Shown here: positions 26,600 through 37,600 of the stretch, piece by piece
Layout: the number at the start of each line of letters is the position of its first letter
How positions within the stretch are numbered: the first letter of the stretch is position 1
NCBI GenBank assembly: GCA_024137785.1
Contig: JAHRHZ010000024.1
Span: 25,395,768 to 25,459,767, forward strand
Direction of reading: 5' to 3'
From: Ginglymostoma cirratum
Taxonomy: Eukaryota
DNA: 64,000 nt
Notes under the pieces: model-generated
The model's database searches: none
What the model was told of the DNA's origin: nothing
Seen by the model: only the letters and a program-made list of their open reading frames with translations
Program-made: the position numbers and the translations under genes

Positions 26600-26965
26600 C
26601 AAGGAACAACTTGATTGTTAAAAACTCATCCTGGTTTTCAAATCCCTCCTTGGCCTCATCTCTCTCTACCTCAGTGATCTACTCCAGCCCACAATCCACT
26701 GAGATATCTTTGTCCTTCCAATTCTGGTCTCATGTGAAACCCCAATTTTAAAGACTCTACCGTTTTTGGCTGAGCTTCCAATGCCCATCTCAAATTCCCT
26801 TCTCTGCCTGTACACATTTCTTTCTTCCTTTAAGATACTCCTTTTCGACCAAGCCTTTGGTCTCTGACCTATATCAATTTATGTGGTTCAGTGTCACATT
26901 TTGTTGTATAATGTTCCTGCAAACCAGCTTGAGATCTTCTATTTTATTAAAGTCGTTATATAACT
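26600..26965 (+). mobile_element. L2-like LINE 3' end; similar ends at ~48900-49400 and ~54100-54440
   Basis: KLILVFKSLLGL.S.YLS.LL-type terminal coding motif, followed by the L2-like 3' UTR. Confidence 0.5.
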
Positions 26966-28235
26966 ATAAACTTTTGAAAAGGAATTCAAGATTTCCCCAT
27001 TACATAATTTTCTCTTCATTTCAGAAGGTGTTATTGGAGACATAGAGATAGAGATCTACAGCACAGAAAAAGGCCCTTTAGCTCATCACATCTGCAGAGA
27101 TCAAAACAGCAACTTAACTATTCTAATCCCATTTTCCAGCACGTGGCCTATAGCCTTGTGTGCCTTGCCATCTCAGCTGCACATCTAAATACTTCTTAAA
27201 CATTACGTGGGTTTCTGATATTATCTTCCTTGGAAACAATAAGTTCTAGGTTTCTATCATCCTCTGGATGAAAAGGGGTTTTGTCACTTTTCCTCTAAAC
27301 ATTTTGCCCCTTACCTTAAATCTTTGCTCTCTTGTCATCGATCCCACCATCAAAGGGAAAAGTTTCTTCCTCTATACCCTATCTTTGTCTCTCATAACTT
27401 CATACATCTCAGACATGGCTCCTTTCAATCTCCTCTGCTCTCAGGAAACAATCCCAATCAGTACATCTCTTCATAACTGTAACTCCTGGTAACCAGGTAA
27501 CATCCTGCTAAATGTCCTTGACGTCCTCTCCAGTGTTATATATCCCTTCTGAAATATGGATTCCAGAACTGCACCACAATACTCTGGCCATGGCCTAACC
27601 AACATTTTATTCAGTTCTGGCATATCCTCTCTGTTCTTAAAAGCTACGCCTTGACTAATAAAGGCAAGTACACTATCTACCTTCTTAACCAGTTTATCCA
27701 CGTGTCCTGATACCTTAAGGGACTAGTATACATGCACACCAAGGTCACTCTGATCCTCGGTGCTTCCCAAGGTCCCATCATTCATCATGTATTCCCATGC
27801 CGTGTTTGTACTGCCCAAATACTTCACCTCACATTTATCTGTACTGAATTTCATTTGTCACTGATCAACCCATCTGACCAGCTCATCTAGATCGTCTTGT
27901 AGTCTAGGACTATCCTCCTCGCTGTTTACCACCCAACCAATTTTTGTATCAGCTGTAAAATTACTGATTGACCCTCCAACATCCAAAACGAGATCATTTA
28001 TACAAACCACAACCAACAAAGGCTCCAACACTGACCTCTGTGGGAGCCCACCAGACACAGACTTCCAATCGGAAAATCACCCCTCAAACATCATCCTCTG
28101 CTTTCTATCTCTCAGCCAATTGCGGATCCAATTTGTATCAGAGACAATAGGAGCTGCAGATGTTGGAGAATCTGAGATAACAAGGTGTGGAGCTGGATGA
28201 ACACAGCAGGCCAAGCAGCATCATAGGGGCAGGAA

Positions 28236-28272
28236 AGCTTGACGTTTCGGGCCTAGACCCTTCATCAGAAAT
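28236..28272 (-). ncRNA. Minimal type I hammerhead ribozyme motif (PLE-associated), core intact
   Basis: Reads UUU-CUGAUGA-A-GGGU(CUAG)GCCC-GAAAC-GUC-AAG: conserved core, stem II, palindromic ACGU stem III and a short stem I. Confidence 0.75.
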
Positions 28273-28356
28273 CGAGGCTTCGCAGTGGGGTTAAAATTGT
28301 ATCAGAGATGATAGGAACTGCAGATGCTGGAGAATCCGAGATAACAAGATGTGGAC

Positions 28357-28392
28357 TCTTCTGATGAAGGGTCTAGGCCTGAAACGTCAAGC
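28357..28392 (+). ncRNA. Minimal hammerhead ribozyme motif (PLE-associated)
   Basis: CUU-CUGAUGA-AGGGUCUAGGCCU-GAAAC-GUC-AAG, with one C-to-U change in stem II. Confidence 0.7.
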
Positions 28393-29544
28393 TTTCCTGC
28401 TCCTATGATGCTGCTTGGCCTGCTGTGTTCATCCAGCTCCACACCTTGTTATCTGCGGATCGAATTTGCCAGTTTCCTTGGATCCCATGGACTCTTACTT
28501 TGTTATCAGTCTCCTATGCAGGACTTTATCAAAAGGCTTGCTGAAGTCCAATAGACTGCATCAAAAGCATTGGCCGCATCTCCACCTCTGGTCACGTTTT
28601 TGAAAAATTCAATCAAGTTGGTCAGCCATGGCCTCCCCTTAACAAAACAATGCTGACTGTTCTTGATTAATCCCTGCCCCTCCAAATCCAGATTAACTCT
28701 GTGCCTCAGAATCACTTCCAATAGTTTCTCCACGACAGAGGTCAGACTGACCAGCCTGTAGTTTCCTGATATATCCCTTGTTTCACATTTTGAATAATGG
28801 TTCCAGTTTGGCTTTCCTCCAATCCTCTAGCACCTGTCCTGTGGCCAGAGAGGAATTGAAAAATGTTGCAATTTGTCATTTTCTCCTTTGTTTCACTCAA
28901 CAACCCGGGATACATTTCATCCAGCCCTGATTGTTTATCAACTTTTGACTCTGCCAGACCATTCAAAACCTACTCTCTGTTTGTGCTAACATTGTATCAC
29001 GGACCTTCTCCCTGGTTTCTATATCCATATTGTTCCTCTCACAAGTGAACACAGACTAACGGTATTTATTTATGTTGTAGAATTCTACGAGCTTCAGATT
29101 ATATCCAAGACTATGGCCCAAGTGACTTAAGTGGTGTCATTGGGCATCTTCATGATTTTAAGGTCAGGTTAAATCTTTCCTCAGTTGATATCCTCACACA
29201 TTCACAGGTTGCTGACAATATTCTGACTGCTATAACAGTTAAACTCAGCAATCTCAGCATGTTCTCCACTCAAGCCTCCAGAACCTGGGTTTGGTTGATT
29301 TATCACTCAATAATCCATTAAGTGAACTTATGATGCAAGCATGATCAACCATTGCACTGAAGACATTTTCTTCTGCTGCACAGTTGGCCCACTGTATGTG
29401 AGGCTGGACCTCTCATTGAATGAATACAGTGGACATGACCATGACAATGCTCTTCATCGACTATGAAGTATCACAATCCTGTTTTCCAGTTCTGAGAATT
29501 CAATGATTTAGCTATTCAGTGAGAAATCCCATACAAGTAAATGG

Positions 29545-29866
29545 AATCATAGAATCCCTACAGTGTAGAACCAGGCCATTCGGCCCATCAAGTCCACATT
29601 GACCATCCAAAGAGCATCCCAGCCAGACCCACCCCTTACCCTACCTCTGCGTTGCCCACCCCAGACACTATGGACAAATAAGCATAGCCAATTCACCTAA
29701 CCTGCACATCTTTGGACTGTGGGAGGAAACCAGAGCACCTAGAGGAAACGCATGGAGAAATAGGGAGAACGTGCAAAGTCCACACAGACAGTCACCTGAG
29801 ACTGGAATTGAACATGGGTCCCTGGCACTGTGAGGCAGCAGTGTTAACCACTGAGCCACCATGCTG
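29545..29866 (-). mobile_element. HE1-like V-SINE
   Basis: Reverse complement starts gcatggtggctcagtggttaacactgctgcctcacagtgccagggacc; colinear with the copies at 10790 and 23190. Confidence 0.88.
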
Positions 29867-30949
29867 CTGCACTATTCTATTAAGAATCAGCTAAATAATA
29901 AGAACAGTGGCTCGTGGCTAGTTCACACATCTTTGAGTCAGAAGATTGTGAGTTCAAGGTCATTCCAAGAGATGTGTATGAAGACTTGGACTGAGAAAGC
30001 AGTGCAGCACATAGACACAACATTGCTATCGATATGCAGGTCACATAGAATCTTCGGGAAGGTGAAGGAATCCTTCACAGTTTATGCGCAATAATCACTC
30101 AGTTAGAACTGGTTGTATTAATTCACTCAACCATTTAGACAATTCACATTGTGCAGAACTAGTGATATATAAGTTGAGACATAAGGGGTCATCATTTCTG
30201 TGTGTCTTGAGCTATGCATACCTGCATGAATGTTGTGAACCATGACAGTGAATCTTATCACATATACCCCAAGGCACTAACAGGCAGCTATCATCAAGCC
30301 AAAAGGACATGCTGTTCACCACATAACAGTGTAAGTTGGGAGATAAATTTCTGTACCAGTGCAATGCTAAGTACTGAGGTCATACATTCCAAACAGCATG
30401 TACTCAACCAGGTCATGCATAAAAATCTTTAATGTCTGATAGAATATCTAATTTTAAATGTGGTCCTATGATTGGGAAACAATTGTAGAAAATGTGCTCG
30501 GAATTACACTGCTATCCAATTAAAGATTATTAGTTAGGCTTGCAGTATAACTCACTTAAGACTGCAAGAATCTATATATATTCATGCATAGGGCCCAGTC
30601 CTGTACAAGCAAATAAGAGCATATCCAGTCATTGTGCACTTTATGAATTAAGTAAACATTAGGTCCCCTGGGTGCATTTTCCATGTTAATCCCTTAACAA
30701 ATCAGACCTGACTGGCCAACCAATCAACACTTTTTTCTCATGCAATTTGGAATGTTATGTTTTTAGAATTTCAACTATTCCTTGTGTATCCTGATGAGTG
30801 CAAGACAGGAAGCTTCAACACAGCGTGTCTCTTTTGTTCAGCAAAATTCAACTTCTTGGTCCAAACTGGATGACCTCAAAATTATCTGTATTCAATCCCA
30901 GCTGCAACTGTTTTGTCCATTCTCTTATTCCAGGATTTGGGGTAGCAAT

Positions 30950-31150
30950 GGTGAAATAACTGCACAGAGAGCAGTATCCCATCACCAAGTCACCTTTCAT
31001 TTATATGTGCACAGCATATAGACTCTGACCAGCCAGCTCAAAGACAGTCCTAGACTGAGGAGAATGTCTGAATCTCCTGTTTATATGTATTAGCCAGAAC
31101 TCCCCGGTTGGCCCAGATTAATAACCACAATCAATGATCTCATTGTCCTC
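30950..31150 (-). mobile_element. Short solo-LTR-like repeat (same family as 45146-45377 and ~10720-10790)
   Basis: Shared tgaaataactgca.agag..cagtatcc...caagtcacc.ttt motif. Confidence 0.55.
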
Positions 31151-31689
31151 AAAATATACAGCAGGGCTTCATAAACAGTGGGGCATGATCCTCTCCCTCC
31201 ATTGGCATGATAGGCTAATATTTTGGAGTTACAAGCTCCAAGGCAGCAGTGGCCTCTTTAAATTCTCACCATTGCTTTTCAATAGATTGAGTGACTTAAC
31301 TGAGCGAACTTTGAAAACTCGTTGCTGGTCTCTGTGGGGAGTAATTGCTTTCTCACTTTTTTATGAATGTATCAGCTTTGCCTGACTCCCCTGCATACAC
31401 AGGTCTCTCATCGCTTGCCTACTGCCTGCATGGACCCCACCCCTCCTGCTGAGATATCTCGCTCACCCCCTCCCACATTCTTGCAATCTCAAGGCTCTCA
31501 GTGTCTCCACATAATCTCCATGCCCCCACCTACTTTCACAGCTTCCCTTACCCTGCCCCTGTGCACTGTCACAGTTCTCCACCACCTCACTCTCACGGGA
31601 CTCCCCCCACCCCTGCAACTCTATCCATAGCCCTCATCACATCTGGCCTTGCCACCTCTCCCCAGTCTCACTGGTCTTGGGGGTACAAC

Positions 31690-34600
31690 AGGAAAAGCTT
31701 TGGAAGCACTGATCCATTGTATTTTACAGAATGTTGACTGTAGGCAACCAAAGGGAGGAATATCCAAATGGTACGTGGCTTGATGAAACTAAAATCTCCA
31801 TGGCTTCTAAAAGAATAAATAAATCCGAAGCAATTTGTCAAAAATTCATAGAGGATTTGGAAGCTTGCATGATATGGCCCATGCTGCATTATTTTGGAGA
31901 CAGACAGGGAGAAATTGTGTTCAAATATTTGAATGAACTTGAAAGCAAAGTCATCCAAAAGTGGAGCCAGAGAAAGAGCAAGAGCTACTAAGAAAGAGAG
32001 AGAAGGAGAAAAGACAAGATACGCCACTACACTTTTCTTGGGTATAAATGAAACTCAAAATGAAAATTGTTAGAATTATAATACATGAATGATACTTAAA
32101 AGTGCATTTCCAAGTTTTGGTTGTGAAAACAGCTCCTGAATTACTAAACAATGACATCGGCAATTGTTTCATCGCTGTTTTTCTGGTCATTAAATACGTA
32201 GGTTGCTTTAAATCAAAACAGTTCAGTAATGAAGGCTTAATTATACACATTAGATCAGCAGTAGTCTTTATAAACCATTTAATAGAGGACGGCAATTTAC
32301 TTTATGTTGATCAATGACAACAGTCTTGTAGCATAATTAATTCGAAAACTTTCCACCATTCCAGGAGTTAAATCATTGAAGCAAAGTTTTAACCTCCTCC
32401 TGAATGACATCAAATATGCAGACCTACCCATCCATGAAATTCAAAAACTAAGCAATTAGGCACTGTCTTACCTCTGGTAATAACACTAAAGTGTTCAGAA
32501 TTTCAGCAATTTAGCACACATTAGTTCTGCTGCTGGACAACTTAATTTAATATACCTTGCTATAATTAATAGAACATAATTGACTTGAGAAATGTAACAT
32601 ATAAAAGAATACAAGAGTACATTATTTGAAACATTTATCGCCTGGTGCCTTATAAGAATTAGGTTGTTTTTTCTGGTAATAACATAATTCAGAAACATCA
32701 AATTGAAGGGAATCAAGTCATATTCATAATTCTTAAGGTTCACAGTGACAAGATATTTTGTTTGCTTTATAGAATACAAATGCTTTATTACACTGTGGTA
32801 TTGAGTTAATCACTCCGCTGAGTTATCACAGAGAACATGCATCTTCCTAACATTTGGCAACCTCAGCTGAAATGAGATCATTTGCAATAATGGAAAGATT
32901 CAAGCTGGAAGGATTTACTTACAGAAGAGCTGATTCCTATTGTAGTCCAATAGACATGCCCTTCTAACCAGTGATTGCATTGTGGAATTGATAACTGATC
33001 TGTTCTTCCCTCATTATAACGCAGTAATGAGTTTTTGATCTTCAACAAGGTATTTGTGTCTGACGAGACAATACTTATGTTAGCTCCCATAGCATAAAAA
33101 ATAGATGTGCGTAATTTAGTACAGAAATATTTAATAGACTTTTATTACAGTCTGTGGTACCTTCGTATATATTAAAATTATAAGCACTGCAATAGCTGTA
33201 GCACATTTCCCTCAGCATATCATGCTGCAAGTGGCTCCAGTAGATGGAGAACTTTGTAGCATTGGGCCACCAGATTACATGCGATGAAACAGTGTTGATA
33301 TCATGAGCATGTCCCTTAAAGTAACATTGGATCCTACCCGTGAGATATAACGCTGTGGTAGCAGGTATAGTAAAAGTTTTTAACCTTAATTTGGTTTTCA
33401 TTCCCCTTTTCCAGAAAAATCCCGGATATATATTGTTGTACATGGGTGCATGTTATTAATTCAATAATTATGCATACAGGTGAAAACAGAGTTAGCAATA
33501 GTAACAATATAAACTTCGGTATTTTGAAAGTTTGACAACTTGTCCGGATCTGATGACATTATATCCATCAGGAGAGGTAGGTATTATCCTTGGTTGATAA
33601 TCTGATTGCCTTGCTGCTGATTGCTGTCAGTCAACATCATCGCAACAATCACTGTCAGAGTTTTCTTCCTCATTCTCTGCTGCATAATTGCTGAGTCATA
33701 CATCAGCATGAGCTAGCTTCTGTTCCTTTGAAATGAGCATCATGAGCGGTGATTAATTTGTACGATCTGAGCTGGGTGTGTATTTTAGAAACCCTTAATG
33801 TTCGATTATTCTAAACACTATTGAAGTATTTGTGAGTGGATTTCAGACTTGTATTCACTGCTCAGTGTGCAGTTATGGTAGCTTGCTACCTTCTCACTGG
33901 TCAGGCATTTCATTTTCCTCCATTGTTGAAGAATGTCATGTTTCTTGGAATGGTTTAACAGTTGGTTGCTAGGCAAGGTCAGTAACATTTGCCCTCTGAC
34001 CATTGATCAAGCCACCCTTTCTCCTAAAAGTGCATGTTGCACATCATTGAAGGATGAATGAATGAAGTTGCATCATCCTTGAGATGCTTAAAATTGTATG
34101 ATCCTTAAAATTGCTCATCATGTCAAATTTGTTTGGGTACAGTTAATGGAGATTATTGATTATTTTAACTATATTAACACTTGTCTATTCCACCACTATA
34201 GTTGTGGTTCAAATCTCAAAAATTGAGACTGAAATCTGTGCTTGTAGTTCTGCTACGGTTGGACCATTAGTATCTACAAGGGAGAAGACTTTATGAATCA
34301 AGATTAACTTACACATTGGCACTGCAGCGTGATTGTGCCAACGCAGATAATTGCTGATCTACTATATACTGTCTCTTGTAGGTTTAACAAAGGAGCTTGG
34401 AGGGGTACTTATTTTTTTGGATGCATAGTGGTAATATGTTGGCTCAAGCTCTTGTGTTGATTTTGGCTTCCAAGGTGTTTTTGGGGACATACAATACCAC
34501 TGGTTCTAAAAGCTTCTGATCACTTTGTGCCATTGACACAATGTGCAAGATTGACAATATGAAATGCTTGGGCAATTTTGTTTGTTTCTCACTTTGTTGG

Positions 34601-37600
34601 CTCTGAACATCAAAATGGTTCTGCTTGTGCTGTGGACAACTAATCGTTGTATAAAATGTATAAATAAACATAAGTTTTCCGCTTACAATTGCTACTTGCT
34701 GGAATTATGTCTAAACTTATAGAAGTTTAGTAATCACCAGGATTCTTTATTTGTAGGACAACCATAGCTGGACACAAAGAGTGCTGGGATTCTTGATATC
34801 TTATTTAGCTTATGTCAAAGGCCAAGTTGGGGTTACAGATTGTTGGTTAATTGGTTTTTCTTTGTTAGGAATGTATGCCTGCAAACATGGAATTTTTGTG
34901 ATATTTCTGTTTAAGATAAAGTTAATACTGTTGTGCTTATAACATTATTGAATAAGTTAGAATTGTTGTTTATTATTCCTGTGTAATAGATGTTAGGGGA
35001 AACTGGGGACAGATAGGGGGTGTGAATCTTTTCTGTTACAACAAAGCAGATGAGGAAGCAAACAGGGCAGAAAACAGAGCATTCATCAAATCAGGAGAGC
35101 TCTAATGGCACAGTGGTGGTGTTCTTGCCTCTGAGCCAAAAAAGTCCATGTTTAAGTCTCACTTCATTTACAGGTGTGAAATGACACATCTGAACACAGT
35201 GATTAAAAACATCTATAATGAATCGCAAATTCCTAGTCGACAGGTTTAGAGGAAATTGGCCAAATTTGTTGCAAAGACTCTTGAAGGGCTGCTGTAGGTG
35301 GAAATGGACCAGTCGTGGACAGTTGTACCAGAGAATTGAGCCAACTGAAAATATGTATAGGGCAGAGTGGGGAAAGACCTTCTTCAACACAGACTTGTCT
35401 GAACTCAGTGCAATTGCCGCAGCATCTGTAGTTGGCAATCAAAGAACAGCAAAAAGTAGACTGACCACTGACTGTCTTCCTGTATTTCAGGGAAACTAAA
35501 CAATTAGGGCACAGGATGATTGTGGAAGTATTACTTGACTGTACTTAATGTAATTGGGAGTCAAATAAAGGTATAATTGTTTGGCCAAATTCCAAGCTTG
35601 GAGTTATTGATGCGCAGAATATACGCTTGAACCAGACGTTGAGTAGGTACCTGGTGGATATATGGCATAGTGCACATTTCAAATACATCATTTCTGCCAG
35701 TGTTATTGTGTCGTACCACCTTGTTTGTCATTTGTGTTGCCTTCTGAGGTGTAGCTTGGCTTTTGAAACCAGATTCCCTGCATATGCTTGCCCAATGTCA
35801 TTTGGTGTCATATGCTTTGTAGGTGTGAAGAAATGCCAGAGAACTTATGGGTAGATATGACAAAACCACATCGAAGGCAGCTTGTACTGGTTTGGAGCAC
35901 TTTCTTTATCATAGAAATTGTGTTGTCTGCACCGAAAGCATGTAATTGTTACTGGCTTGCTACTGTGACCTCATGCAGGCATCCATCTTCAAGCATGGCA
36001 TCATGATATGGCCTTTTTCCTTAACCAGAAGATCCTTCCTGAAGATGTTAATCATTTGACCCTTCTGACAGTTCTTCTTTAGAGAATTCATACTCATATC
36101 CTTTACCATGGCATCTTACAACAATGCCATCATAGACTCTTGGGATTTCTCTTTGTACGACCTGAGTCGGAGCAGTTTTATCAAAAGAAGATTCTTAACT
36201 CAAGCTAGACTTCAAATGGTCTCCAGATTTTCTATGGATTTTTTTTATCATCAGAAAGATCTGATGTGGTTATTCTGTGAAGTCTCTTGTCACTGATAGC
36301 AAATGATAATTTAAGAGATTGTCTCTTGAGGCCATTTATTACGTGACCTGGGAAGTAAATCTGCATCTGTTGCTTAAAGAGCTGTAACTCACTGAAAATA
36401 TTATTTACTGTACAATCCATTAATAAGTGTTTGCCATTTCTTATTAACAGCTTGCTTTTCTTTTGTATGAAGTAAGTTGTAAACTTGTTTGTTCATTTAC
36501 TTGATTTGCTGTCCCGTTGTTTTTACTTTTCCTTCTTTTGCTTCTATATTATTATTTTTTACTGCTGTAGCCCCTTAGGTGAGTTGTTGATTATTTTGGG
36601 ACTATCTGTTTATGAAATAAATCCTTTATGAATCAACCACTGGAAGGTGTTTGCACCAAATAAGGTATGATGACACATAGCTGCCATCTCGCTTGGCACC
36701 AAATTGAAGAGAGAAAATGATGAAACCAACCAACCTCTGTACAAAAGTAAGCATCCTCAGTTCAGAAAATCACATTGTAATGCTTAAAACTCTGTTTCTT
36801 TTCTCAAACACAGAGATTGTGTTACAAATGAAAGTAGTCTTTGGCTGCTATTTTCTTTTAAATGTTCTATGAAACCTTTTGGAATGCTGTATCTTAACAT
36901 TTAAATTGGGAAACAAGCTGATACTGTATGAACTTCTGACTACTGAAACTTCAAGGAGAAAAGAGTAAGTCATCCACCTGCCTACTTAATTTGCAGACCT
37001 AGTCTTATCTAAACTTGTGCTGTTGGTCTTATAAACGCTTTGAAGTCCAGTCTGCCTAAGCTCCATTTTTTTTATATGTAATTACTGTTTTTTTACTATC
37101 AAGTTGTTATCATAATTTATTCTGCCTCACAATTTGCCACAGATGCAACTATAATCTTTTTACCTTCAACAAAGTATTTGCACATGCTGAGGCAATACTT
37201 ATGTTAGTTCTTGTAGCGTGGAAAGTAGATGCGGGTAACATAGCACTAAAAGATTCAAGACATTTATTACAGCTTTTGATATCTAAATATGTTGCAATCA
37301 TGTCTGAGCTAGTACTGAACAATTTGATTATAAACTGTTTCAGAGATAGTAGGAACTGCAGATGCTGGAGAATCTGAGATAACTAGGTATAGAGCTGGAT
37401 GAACACAGCAGGCCAAGCAGCATCAGAGGAGCAGGAAGGCTGATGTTTTGGGCCTAGACCCAACTGTACTTGCTTTCCTAAGCATGTTGTTCTGCAAGTG
37501 GCCCCAGTAAAATGGAGACTGTGACCGAAATGCCATCAGGTCACATGCTATCATACAGTGATGGTATCATGAGCATGTCTCTGAAAACTATACTAGCTGT

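Larger units (their letters stand above)
28136..28453. mobile_element. Penelope-like pseudo-LTR insertion with an inverted copy and a 15-bp target-site duplication
   Basis: Flanked by tgcggatccaatttg (28121-28135) and tgcggatcgaatttg (28454-28468). Contains two oppositely oriented pLTRs. Confidence 0.85.
27040..29030 (-). mobile_element. 5'-truncated CR1 LINE interrupted by a PLE insertion
   Basis: QHCFVKGRPWLTNLIEFF, GLPQRSVLEPLL, FTADTKIG and LVRPWPEYC motifs on the minus strand. Confidence 0.88.

Noticed and set aside
33230-33330. Second integrase-like reading, HAHDINTVSSH...YWSHLQHDMLREMC
   Set aside because: Comparison with the paralogous copy puts most substitutions at second codon positions in the HAHD part of this frame and adds stops, so it is probably not the coding frame there.
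33440-33745. Foamy-virus Env or paramyxovirus glycoprotein interpretation of the hydrophobic segment
   Set aside because: No fusion peptide, in-place furin site, upstream RT/RNase H or flanking LTRs; the resemblance is superficial.
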